A stretch of DNA of 64,000 bases from a virus. The notes beneath the pieces were generated by a model. It ran no database searches and was not told the DNA's origin. It saw only the letters and a list, made by a program, of their open reading frames with translations. A program made the translations under genes and the position numbers. Where the stretch lies: the IMG/VR virus record IMGVR_UViG_3300027963_005443. One strand, given 5' to 3'. Below are positions 50,073 to 59,196 of the stretch, piece after piece; position 1 is the stretch's first letter, and every line of letters begins with the position of its first letter.

Positions 50073-51581
50073 ATGTCAATTAAAAGTTCTGATATTGCTT
50101 TTTATTACTCCGGCCAGAGTTCTTCTTTGGGTATACCCGATTCTATTGGAGGTGAGCCTTCCACTATTCCTGTGGCGGACCGACTATTTAAGAATATAAC
50201 TAATCAAGAAGCTACGGATGGAATAGTTGATTATAAATGTGTTTACATGGCGAATAAAAACCCTGATGAACCTTTTTATAATTTAAATCTTACTATTAAA
50301 AACAGTAGTACATCCGTTATTCAATTTGGATTTCCCGGTGTTCATTCGACTTCAACTGAATTGTGCTCCATCCCACCCTGCACAGATTCAACAATACAAT
50401 ATTTGAACCTAGTTGCTTCTGGCAATAAAATAAATGGCGGGGGTTTTAGTTTAATTTATAACGGATCCTCTGAACCAATAGAGCTCGGTATTCAGTGGAG
50501 TTGGAGCAATAGCTTAAGTGATTCTCAAAATTTGAGTAACACTGCCAATAACATAAAGGCCGCCCTTGAACTTATACCCGAATTTAAAAATGTAATTATA
50601 GAACCTCAAGCTTCAACCATACCCGAACCTGGCAAATATAAAGCATCTTTTAAAATTATATTTGAAACTGGCCGTTATGTTGATTTGCTCACTGTTCCTT
50701 CATATGGCAATGCTTTATCACCGGCCACAGTTGTTACTGTATATAGCGCCGGTATAGGTGGCCCAGTAAATAGAACGGCTGATGTTATAGAAACTTCAAG
50801 AGTCGCCCCTAATATTACTTTTTTAGATGTAAATTCAACAGTTATTATTAAGCATTTTTATCCAAATGATTATATTCCTATATGGATAAAGAGAACAATA
50901 CTCCCCAACACCGCTGCAGTAGACCAGGATAATTTTTCCATATTAATAAGTGCATCTAATTCTGAAATTGAGCCTACTCCTACTCCGACATATGTCGCAC
51001 TAGATCTAGTGGACCAATCCCAAGAATTATATGATGGCGGTTTACAAGTAATACCTGGAATAGCATATTGGCAGTCTTTTGAATGCACAAAAACTGGTGT
51101 GTTAAGTCAACTTGAAATTGGATTATATAGTGATCCAATATCTTCTAACTTTTCTACCAACTCAACCGGGGATATCATCCAAGGCAGTGTTTCTCAAACT
51201 TCATTCACTGCTGTTTCGGGCACCGGAACTATTAGGGTTTATACTGGTGAGGGCATAAACTCTTCTAATCTAATCGCATCTTCTGTGGTTTCCGTGAACG
51301 TTGCAAATAGTTTAATAACTTGGAACAATTTTAAAATTAATGTAGATATTATAAAAAATATTAAATACACGTTAGCCTATACACCTGATTTCATACATAA
51401 GATAGCAATTAACTATCAAAATCCCTATAATGGTGGAATTTTTGGAGTTAATACCACGAGCTTTCCAGAAGCAGATATCTTATTTAAGACTCATGTATTA
51501 GAAGAATTTTCTCCACCCACTCCAACTCCCACAATGACACCTTCTCTTACTCCTACTTTAACGCCAACATTTACTTTTTAA
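50073..51581 (+). CDS. Multi-domain putative virion structural protein with PT repeats
   Basis: SIGG, DYKCVY, PIWIKR split by an inserted GGFSL..IKAALE domain; TPT-rich C-terminus. Confidence 0.65.
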   Translation: MSIKSSDIAFYYSGQSSSLGIPDSIGGEPSTIPVADRLFKNITNQEATDGIVDYKCVYMANKNPDEPFYNLNLTIKNSSTSVIQFGFPGVHSTSTELCSIPPCTDSTIQYLNLVASGNKINGGGFSLIYNGSSEPIELGIQWSWSNSLSDSQNLSNTANNIKAALELIPEFKNVIIEPQASTIPEPGKYKASFKIIFETGRYVDLLTVPSYGNALSPATVVTVYSAGIGGPVNRTADVIETSRVAPNITFLDVNSTVIIKHFYPNDYIPIWIKRTILPNTAAVDQDNFSILISASNSEIEPTPTPTYVALDLVDQSQELYDGGLQVIPGIAYWQSFECTKTGVLSQLEIGLYSDPISSNFSTNSTGDIIQGSVSQTSFTAVSGTGTIRVYTGEGINSSNLIASSVVSVNVANSLITWNNFKINVDIIKNIKYTLAYTPDFIHKIAINYQNPYNGGIFGVNTTSFPEADILFKTHVLEEFSPPTPTPTMTPSLTPTLTPTFTF

Positions 51582-52312
51582 AGTTTGTAGTTATTTTTTT
51601 CAATGAATCTTTGTGTTTGTAAAACACTACTTGGAGTTCCCATGTCACTCCAATACCCAGATATGTGATTAACTTTTATTCTATTGTTTTTACAATAGTA
51701 ATTGTTTATATCTGTTACTTCTAATTCTTTTCTTTGGCTAAGTTTTAATTCTTTAGCCACTTCATATACATGTTTTGTGTATAGATAAATTCCTGTGACT
51801 GCCAGATTACTTTTGGGATTTTCTGGTTTTTCAACTATAGATCCATCATGATACACGCCAAATCTTTTTGGGTCACTTACTTCTTTTACAAAAATCTCAG
51901 CACCAGAAGCATTGGATGCGTCAAACTTGCTGAATTCCTCAGAGAATTCATCTTCAAAAAAATTATCACCGAGTAATACTGCAAAATTACTATCTTCTGT
52001 GAAATCTTCTGCTAACTTTAGTGCGCTTGCAATTCCCATTGGCACTCTATTTGTGTCTTGAATTTTATATGTAAAATTAGCTCCAAATTTATAACCATCG
52101 CCCATATTTTCTATAATATGGCCACAATGCTCTTTTGAAGAAACAATCAATATATTGGTGACCCCGCTTTTAACCAATGTGTTGATTGGATAAGATAACA
52201 TTGGAATAGCGCCCTGTTCTGAATATATTGGCAACAAATGTTTGTTTGTTACCAATGTGGCAGGCGATAATCTAGTTCCTGCACCACCCGCAAGTATCAC
52301 TGCTTTCTTCAC
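51578..52312 (-). CDS. rfbA: Glucose-1-phosphate thymidylyltransferase-like nucleotidyltransferase
   Basis: LAGGAGTRL, NKHLLPI, LGDN, EKP, ELEVTD, WSDMG. Confidence 0.88.
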   Translation of the reverse strand: MKKAVILAGGAGTRLSPATLVTNKHLLPIYSEQGAIPMLSYPINTLVKSGVTNILIVSSKEHCGHIIENMGDGYKFGANFTYKIQDTNRVPMGIASALKLAEDFTEDSNFAVLLGDNFFEDEFSEEFSKFDASNASGAEIFVKEVSDPKRFGVYHDGSIVEKPENPKSNLAVTGIYLYTKHVYEVAKELKLSQRKELEVTDINNYYCKNNRIKVNHISGYWSDMGTPSSVLQTQRFIEKNNYKL

Positions 52313-52316
52313 AGTA

Positions 52317-52865
52317 TTACTCGCTAATTATCTCCATGTCGCCGGCTGGATCTTCTGTTAGAAGAACTTCTGTTTCTTCAATTTGTTGATCTTCGACAAC
52401 GGGTTCAGATTTTCCGTTTTCTTTTATTATATCTGGTTGGTCAAGAATTAATTTCTCTTTCATTTTATTGTCCTTTTTATTATTTACTACTTTTTTCTTC
52501 TTTTTTTTCGTAGATTTTTTAGATTTTGCCAAATTTTTTTTAATTTTTTCTACAACCTGGACAACTACTGGCACTGATTTTTCTTCAACTATTTCATCGA
52601 CTTTAACATTTTCTTCTTTATTTACTCCTGCTTCTTCTTTTATTTCTATTAATTTTAGTAGATTTATAGGAGGACTAATGAACTTAAGATAATAACTGTC
52701 TCCCTCAAATCTTTGACGAGGACCAATGTTCTTTAATCCGGTCTTGGTTGCTCTTGGAAGAGAAAGATCTGCATCTGTATTGTTCTCGTAGACATACAAA
52801 CCAGATCCACTTAGTTCTTCTTGGACCCTTTTAAGTCTATCTTCTCTTCTTTGTTTTTTGTTCAT
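52317..52865 (-). CDS. Hypothetical protein with Lys-rich tract
   Basis: 182-aa ORF; ACTAATATA upstream. Confidence 0.7.
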   Translation of the reverse strand: MNKKQRREDRLKRVQEELSGSGLYVYENNTDADLSLPRATKTGLKNIGPRQRFEGDSYYLKFISPPINLLKLIEIKEEAGVNKEENVKVDEIVEEKSVPVVVQVVEKIKKNLAKSKKSTKKKKKKVVNNKKDNKMKEKLILDQPDIIKENGKSEPVVEDQQIEETEVLLTEDPAGDMEIISE

Positions 52866-52886
52866 ATGATTATATTAGTTTAAAAT

Positions 52887-53312
52887 TTATATTAATTTAA
52901 ACACGCCTGATTTTACTCTTTTTATCTGTTTTCCATCTTTCTGGTAAACTTTTTTGACATTATTGAGATAATTATAAAGATTAGCTTTCGTTACGCCATA
53001 TTTTTCAAATTTATTTTTTAGTTTATTAAAATTTAAAACTTTGTTTTGTTCAAAACTTTTATTAATATATTTTTTAATATTTTCTGATATATTTTTATTT
53101 GTTTTGAATATTTTATTCTCATTAAAAGTATGATCAGATAAAGCAATTAATATATGTTTCATTGAAAGTATGACTTGATTATCATATGCTGTTTTTTCTA
53201 TCTTGCTAAATAGGATTTTTTCATATTCTTTGAGTTCTTTATAGTGACTACAAAGAGTAAAAATATTTCTTTTATCAAATGTTCTTATTTTTATACAATT
53301 TTTAATTCTCAT
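52887..53312 (-). CDS. Hypothetical protein (possible wHTH)
   Basis: Basic 141-aa ORF. Confidence 0.6.
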   Translation of the reverse strand: MRIKNCIKIRTFDKRNIFTLCSHYKELKEYEKILFSKIEKTAYDNQVILSMKHILIALSDHTFNENKIFKTNKNISENIKKYINKSFEQNKVLNFNKLKNKFEKYGVTKANLYNYLNNVKKVYQKDGKQIKRVKSGVFKLI

Positions 53313-53361
53313 AAATTGAATTATAACATTTTAAAATACAAAAACAAGGATAAATAATTTT

Positions 53362-53808
53362 ATGGCTAATTTGGATGCTACGATCAAAAGAATGAAAAAA
53401 TTGGCTAAAAATTTTATTCATTTAACATTTCCTTGTTCTAATGGAGATGACCAAGATTTAGTTCTTTTAAAATCTGCTGAGGTTTTGGTTGATGGATATA
53501 CCATAATAATATTCTATTCAATATCAGACTATAAAGACCATCTTGTTAAAACTTTTCAGATATATCCTAAAAATCATAGTTTTTTGCCATTCTATGTTGT
53601 TTGTAAAATGGCAAAAAAATTCTTGGGGGACAAGCACGTTTCTTTATTGGAAATGTTTAACAATAATAAAAAGCTTTATTGTTGGAGTGTTGTCACAAAC
53701 TTAGATGAGGAACCAATTGAAAATCCATACAGCACCAATAGCGAAAAAAGAGAGTTTGAAAAATTTAATTTCAGTATCATGTACCCAGAAGAAGTAAATT
53801 TCTTTTAG
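53362..53808 (+). CDS. Hypothetical protein
   Basis: 148-aa ORF. Confidence 0.7.
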   Translation: MANLDATIKRMKKLAKNFIHLTFPCSNGDDQDLVLLKSAEVLVDGYTIIIFYSISDYKDHLVKTFQIYPKNHSFLPFYVVCKMAKKFLGDKHVSLLEMFNNNKKLYCWSVVTNLDEEPIENPYSTNSEKREFEKFNFSIMYPEEVNFF

Positions 53809-53889
53809 CCGATATTGATTTTATGCTCAATTGTGGTAGATTATTCTAAGTTGTTATTGTTTTTTAAATCTATTCTCTTTGAGGAAAAA

Positions 53890-54147
53890 ATGAAGAATCA
53901 GCAAGTTGTTTTCAAAGATTACGTAGCCGGCTTAAACGAAGAAGATCTCAAGAAGACTTACGAAAAAATTGTTGACCGATTTTCGGGTGATATCGGAGAT
54001 GTTGTAAATCATGTAGATAAAAACAAAGATATAAGTAAATTTTTCCATGCCACTAAGAACGCAGATGAAATCTATGATATTGTAGATGCTCTTTTCCCTC
54101 ATGTCGAAAAAGAATATAAGAAGAGATTTGAACTGATTTCAAAGTAA
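53890..54147 (+). CDS. Hypothetical protein
   Basis: SD GAGGA before MKNQQVV. Confidence 0.7.
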   Translation: MKNQQVVFKDYVAGLNEEDLKKTYEKIVDRFSGDIGDVVNHVDKNKDISKFFHATKNADEIYDIVDALFPHVEKEYKKRFELISK

Positions 54148-54192
54148 ATTAAGTTTCTTTAACTTCTATATTTTTTTAGTCATGAAGGTTTT

Positions 54193-56247
54193 ATGAATAA
54201 GTTAATTGAGATCACAGACAGTGAAAATATAGTCTCTACTAAAGACTATCCATATGCTAATTGGGATTTTGAGCAATTTAACTGTGTTCAATCTTCTTTA
54301 ATTCCACTATATGACCAAGATGTAAATGGAATCGTAGCAGCCAGCACAAGTGCTGGTAAAACTGTCTGCTCAGAACTTTTTCTTGCTCATGAGATAAGAA
54401 AAAGAAAAGGCAAAGGAATGATGCTTGTGCCTATTAGGGCTCTTGCACAAGAAAGATATGATGATTGGACAAGAAAAGATCACCATTTTGGCGATCTTAA
54501 AGTCGCTATATGCACTGGTGACTATAGACTAGATCAGGAAAAGATGAAGGGCGTTGCGGATTCTGATCTTGTGATCATGACATCAGAGATGCTCAATAGC
54601 AGAAGCCGCAACGATACTAAGCAGAGTAATTTTATTAAATCTATAAAAACTCTGATTGTTGATGAGTCGCATCTTATAACTACACCAGGAAGAGGCGATC
54701 ATTTAGAAGTTGGGCTTATAAAATTCTTAGAAATCAATCCAGATGCTAGAGTAATTTTACTTAGTGCCACAATGCCTAATGTAAAAGAAATAGCAGAGTG
54801 GATGAAGAAGTTATCTCCCAATAAAGATTGTTTTATACTTAATTCAAAGTATAGACCTTGTCCTCTCAATGTTCATTATGAGAAGTATTATGATGGTGAG
54901 AATAATTATAGTAAAAATGAGAGAGAGAAAGTTAATAAAGCTCTTGATATAATTGATTATTATCCTGATGACAAATTCTTGGTATTTGTTCATACCAAGA
55001 AAACAGGCGAATTGGTAAAAGACGAATTATTAAAAGCAAATATTGAAACTGAGTTTCATAATGCTAATCTCGAGAAGGATAAAAGAATAAAGCTTGAGAG
55101 CAGGTTTAAAAATGACCCCAAGTTTAGAGTTATTGTTGCCACCTCTACTTTAGCTTGTGGTTTGAACCTGCCAGCCAGAAGGGTAATCATAACAGGAGTT
55201 CATAGAGGACTCGAAGAAGTAGAAGTATATAATATTAATCAAATGTGTGGGCGTGCAGGACGGCCAAGATTTGATAAAGCTGGGGATGCCTACATACTAA
55301 TTCCCGAATCCAGGGCGGCTCAATTTAAAGAAAAATTGAAAAAGCAAGAGAATATAGAATCTCAATTATTAAAGAATGATTTTGGTCACTACAAGGTTCT
55401 TGCTTTTCATATTGTAAATGAAATCTTTAATAAGTCTATTAAGACTACTGAAGATATACACGAATGGTATAGAAAAAGCCTTTGCTATTTTCAATCAAAG
55501 GATTTAAATGAAAGCATTCTTGATAAAACTATTGATCTCCTAAAAAAGAGAGGAGTGATATATGAGTATCAAGGAGAGTGGAAAGCCAGCGCAGTCGGCA
55601 GAGTAAGTAGTATGTATTACTTTCCTCCACTAGATGTGGCAGATTTAAAAAGCAATCTTCTGATGCTTGTTGAAAATGGATTAGAGAGTAATGATTATGC
55701 GATTTCAATGCTTCTTGGAAATCTTGATTCGCACAAGGCTGGAATAATAAGCCGAGCAGAGAAAGATGAAGTTTCTCTTTATTCAAATAGACTTGATGAA
55801 CTATTAAGAAAAGAAGGAATAAAAGTATTTAAAACAGATTCAAGTGTTAAAACTTCATACTGTTATTATAATATTTTAAATTCACTTAATAGTGATAATA
55901 TGAATGCTCTTATGAGAGGTCTGCAAATGGATGCTCCAAGAGTAATAGAAGTTTTAAAACAAATAGATGCGATGGACATTAAAGAAGGTTTAGGAGATTA
56001 TTTAAATAGACTTCTCATTAGACTTCAAAGCGGAGTTCCATCGCATCTTGTTGATCTTTGCTTTATTAAGAATATAGGCAAACAGAGAGCTAAGAAACTC
56101 TATGAAAATAATGTTAAGAATCTAGATGAATTCTTAAATTGCCCGAAAGACAAACTAGTTAAATTATTGAATATGAAAGTGGATAAAGTGGAACAAATAA
56201 TAATTGATGCAAAAAAGTTATCAACTGACAAAATTCTTATTGATTAA
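54193..56247 (+). CDS. Ski2-like (Hel308-type) SF2 helicase
   Basis: STSAGKT, DESH, LSATM, ATSTLACGLNLP, QMCGRAGR, C-terminal HhH IKNIGKQRA. Confidence 0.9.
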   Translation: MNKLIEITDSENIVSTKDYPYANWDFEQFNCVQSSLIPLYDQDVNGIVAASTSAGKTVCSELFLAHEIRKRKGKGMMLVPIRALAQERYDDWTRKDHHFGDLKVAICTGDYRLDQEKMKGVADSDLVIMTSEMLNSRSRNDTKQSNFIKSIKTLIVDESHLITTPGRGDHLEVGLIKFLEINPDARVILLSATMPNVKEIAEWMKKLSPNKDCFILNSKYRPCPLNVHYEKYYDGENNYSKNEREKVNKALDIIDYYPDDKFLVFVHTKKTGELVKDELLKANIETEFHNANLEKDKRIKLESRFKNDPKFRVIVATSTLACGLNLPARRVIITGVHRGLEEVEVYNINQMCGRAGRPRFDKAGDAYILIPESRAAQFKEKLKKQENIESQLLKNDFGHYKVLAFHIVNEIFNKSIKTTEDIHEWYRKSLCYFQSKDLNESILDKTIDLLKKRGVIYEYQGEWKASAVGRVSSMYYFPPLDVADLKSNLLMLVENGLESNDYAISMLLGNLDSHKAGIISRAEKDEVSLYSNRLDELLRKEGIKVFKTDSSVKTSYCYYNILNSLNSDNMNALMRGLQMDAPRVIEVLKQIDAMDIKEGLGDYLNRLLIRLQSGVPSHLVDLCFIKNIGKQRAKKLYENNVKNLDEFLNCPKDKLVKLLNMKVDKVEQIIIDAKKLSTDKILID

Positions 56248-58479
56248 TATTTTTAATCCATTGTTATTTTTGTTTTTCATCATTCTAAATGGTGCAGGGC
56301 AAGGATCCGGGTGTGCTTCTGTTCCTGTTGGATATCCCTCTTCTTTTGTATTATCGTTTGGATTTTTGCATTTACAATCTTGTTCTCCTCCATAATATCC
56401 CGAATTTTGCCCTGAAATTGTTATTGTATACTCGCAGCCATCTAAAACATATTTAGAGGTTCCAAATTCTCCTTCTGAGCAGCCTCCTCCGCCCCCACTA
56501 CAATAGCCAGAGTCAACCTCACAGATTTTAACTGTTGGATTGCTACAGCACTCTAATCCTTCTCCACTTCCCGGTGAACCACTATCAACACTGGCATATA
56601 GTGTTCCTTCTCCTACTGCATATATTTTATCTCCTTCTACTTCTATACAACAACCTGTTGTGTCTAATAACACAACAAACTTACAACCATAGTTTTGTGT
56701 TGAGAGATTTTTTATTGTGCTATTTTTTGTTTCTTTTAAAAGATTACTTATTGTTTCAGGACAAAGTAAACAATACTCCCAATATGAGTTTTCATTTGTA
56801 ATGGTTTCTATTATTATATAATCTGAACCTTCTGGCTTACTTATTAATTCTACATCTTCTTTGTCTTCTTCTATTATTATATTTTTTATAATTTCATCTT
56901 TTTCATTTTTTATAATAAATTCATTGTGTCCTTTATTTTTATAGCAAAGAACAAATTCATCTTGTTTTGATCCGGTGTAATGTTGGTTGATTTGTGAGTT
57001 TTCTCCTTTTGTGCAATTACTTATAAAAGTATTACTGTTGATGCAATCCCTTGATTTTTCCGCAATATTTAATTTTAATTTTTCTGCAATATTTGATTGT
57101 TCTGCAATATTTGAGGGTAGAAACCCAGCCCCGGCCCCAGTGCATTCATCCACCCAATCATTATTTATATTGCCATCTTTATCAGGTAAACCTTGTGCAA
57201 AACGACTGCAGCTTCCCGAATTTTGATAGCAGCACTCACTTTGGGTTGGATACCCATTAGAAACTACGGTGCGGTCGCCTCCAATTTTCGATTGATCACA
57301 TTCGCATTTTTTTAGCCAATCGATTCCCATATAAAATGGCTGACCGTATACATCATATCCGATTATATTTAGGCGAACATCGAATGTCGCCCAATAATAC
57401 CATGGGGACTGTGTCGTAGTTGTCGTTGTTTCTTTAGAATTAAAACAAATTTTATAATTATAATTAGCGCCACCTGGATAATAATTATATCCAGCAATTG
57501 TGAATGTACTATTATATAAAGTAAATGTATAATTAACTGCACCTGCCGAATGGTCTTCATTTATTATCTCACCGTCGACCACTAGATCATCATCTGCGAC
57601 TCCGGTTATTGTAACTTTTGTTGGTAATTCCACTCCTTCTGGTAAACTAATTGTTTGTTCTCCATAAATGGTCTGAGTGGGTACGCTATAGTCTTGGGGC
57701 CATGATTTATCGACACATTTTTCACACCCGTTGCAGCATAGTTCAATTAACGTCACCCCTACACCATGTCCTTGACTATCACGAAGTGCGTCTAAAGTAC
57801 CGCCTCCCAAACAGCAACCATCGGAACCAATTGCGTAAAATTGTGTCACATCAGAGTGGCAATTAGTTCCATCTCCATAAACACACTTTAATTTAACTGC
57901 AATTTTTATGCAATCTTTATTATCCCCGGGAGATGTTGAAATGCTGTTTACTATTATATCTGATATTATTGCTTCATCTACTGACAAAGTCTGGTTACAG
58001 GTTTTCACACAACATTCAAATCCATTTTTATTCTTTTTTTCACCATTGCATATATAAGGATTTGAAGATTTCACGTTTTTCCCAGTATCGTAACTACTTA
58101 AATCAATAGTAAGCGGTCCCGTTTCTTCATTTGCGGGATCACATGAACCATTGACGCATATAGAGCGTATTTGTATTTCGCTGAATGGATCCCATTGGTC
58201 ATTTGAATCTAATGATCCTACATAAAATTCATATATAGCTTTAGGACAACTATGACAGGCGTTGAAATATAAGTGCATTCCGCTAAATGCTGGGCAAGGT
58301 GTGGTTGTTGTTGTGGTCGTGGTTGTTCCACAACTAAATTCCACATCAACTTTATCGTAACATACTGGAGGATAGCATTTAACAGGACAACACTTTAAAT
58401 CTGTTGGTCCATTTGCATCACGTTCATAGATGCAAATTTCTCCTCTTCCTCTGTTGTATGGCGACTTGCATTCTCCCAT
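56221..58479 (-). CDS. Cys-rich, Thr-linker multi-domain protein (752 aa)
   Basis: About 49 Cys by manual count, including 7 CC pairs; poly-Thr linkers. Confidence 0.8.
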   Translation of the reverse strand: MGECKSPYNRGRGEICIYERDANGPTDLKCCPVKCYPPVCYDKVDVEFSCGTTTTTTTTTPCPAFSGMHLYFNACHSCPKAIYEFYVGSLDSNDQWDPFSEIQIRSICVNGSCDPANEETGPLTIDLSSYDTGKNVKSSNPYICNGEKKNKNGFECCVKTCNQTLSVDEAIISDIIVNSISTSPGDNKDCIKIAVKLKCVYGDGTNCHSDVTQFYAIGSDGCCLGGGTLDALRDSQGHGVGVTLIELCCNGCEKCVDKSWPQDYSVPTQTIYGEQTISLPEGVELPTKVTITGVADDDLVVDGEIINEDHSAGAVNYTFTLYNSTFTIAGYNYYPGGANYNYKICFNSKETTTTTTQSPWYYWATFDVRLNIIGYDVYGQPFYMGIDWLKKCECDQSKIGGDRTVVSNGYPTQSECCYQNSGSCSRFAQGLPDKDGNINNDWVDECTGAGAGFLPSNIAEQSNIAEKLKLNIAEKSRDCINSNTFISNCTKGENSQINQHYTGSKQDEFVLCYKNKGHNEFIIKNEKDEIIKNIIIEEDKEDVELISKPEGSDYIIIETITNENSYWEYCLLCPETISNLLKETKNSTIKNLSTQNYGCKFVVLLDTTGCCIEVEGDKIYAVGEGTLYASVDSGSPGSGEGLECCSNPTVKICEVDSGYCSGGGGGCSEGEFGTSKYVLDGCEYTITISGQNSGYYGGEQDCKCKNPNDNTKEEGYPTGTEAHPDPCPAPFRMMKNKNNNGLKILINKNFVS

Positions 58480-58482
58480 AAT

Positions 58483-58725
58483 TCATTCATCTTTTCCAAA
58501 AAAGTTTTCCGGGTACTCTATCTCTACTATTTTTTTATTTGTTTTATTGTCTGTTTTCTCCATCCAACGAACTTGCTCAACTTCTATTCCCAATTCTTCC
58601 ATGTGGCAATTGTCTTCTGCGAAAACAGGTAGATGTTTTTGTTCTCCATCTATTAATAATGCAACCTTGCATTCTTGTTTTTTATAATTAAATAACAAAC
58701 AATTTTTGCACTTGTGTTCAATCAT
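58483..58725 (-). CDS. Small Cys-containing (Zn-finger-like) protein
   Basis: CKNC..C..C; ACTATATT upstream. Confidence 0.7.
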   Translation of the reverse strand: MIEHKCKNCLLFNYKKQECKVALLIDGEQKHLPVFAEDNCHMEELGIEVEQVRWMEKTDNKTNKKIVEIEYPENFFGKDE

Positions 58726-58761
58726 ATTTTTATTATAATATAGTGTGAAAAGGACAAATTA

Positions 58762-59196
58762 ATGAGCACTAAACCAACAAATCCAAAAGATGCTATCGGT
58801 AGTGATAAATTGCCTTTACATCTCTGGCCCACAACCGCAACAGCCATGGGTTGTGTAGCATTGCTTAACGGTTGCTTGAAATATGGTCGTGCTAATTGGA
58901 GAGGTGTGGGATGCCGAGCATCAATTTATGTTGATGCTTGTCAACGACATCTTTCTGCTTGGTTTGAAGGCGAGGAAGTTGATGAAGAAGGTGTTCCTCA
59001 TTTAAGTTCTGCACTGGCATGTATTGCTATTATCATAGACACACAGGCTGCCGGGAAACTTAATGATGATAGACAATACTCTGGTGGTCACAGAAAATTA
59101 ATGGATTCTTTAACGCCTCACGTTGCTCGTCTTAAAGAATTGCATAAAGATAGAGACCCCAAGCACTGGACCATACAAGATTTTGAGAATCCTTAG
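58762..59196 (+). CDS. dATP/dGTP diphosphohydrolase domain protein (DUF5664)
   Basis: KLPLHL, GCLKYGRANW, ACQRHL, PHLSSAL. Confidence 0.85.
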   Translation: MSTKPTNPKDAIGSDKLPLHLWPTTATAMGCVALLNGCLKYGRANWRGVGCRASIYVDACQRHLSAWFEGEEVDEEGVPHLSSALACIAIIIDTQAAGKLNDDRQYSGGHRKLMDSLTPHVARLKELHKDRDPKHWTIQDFENP

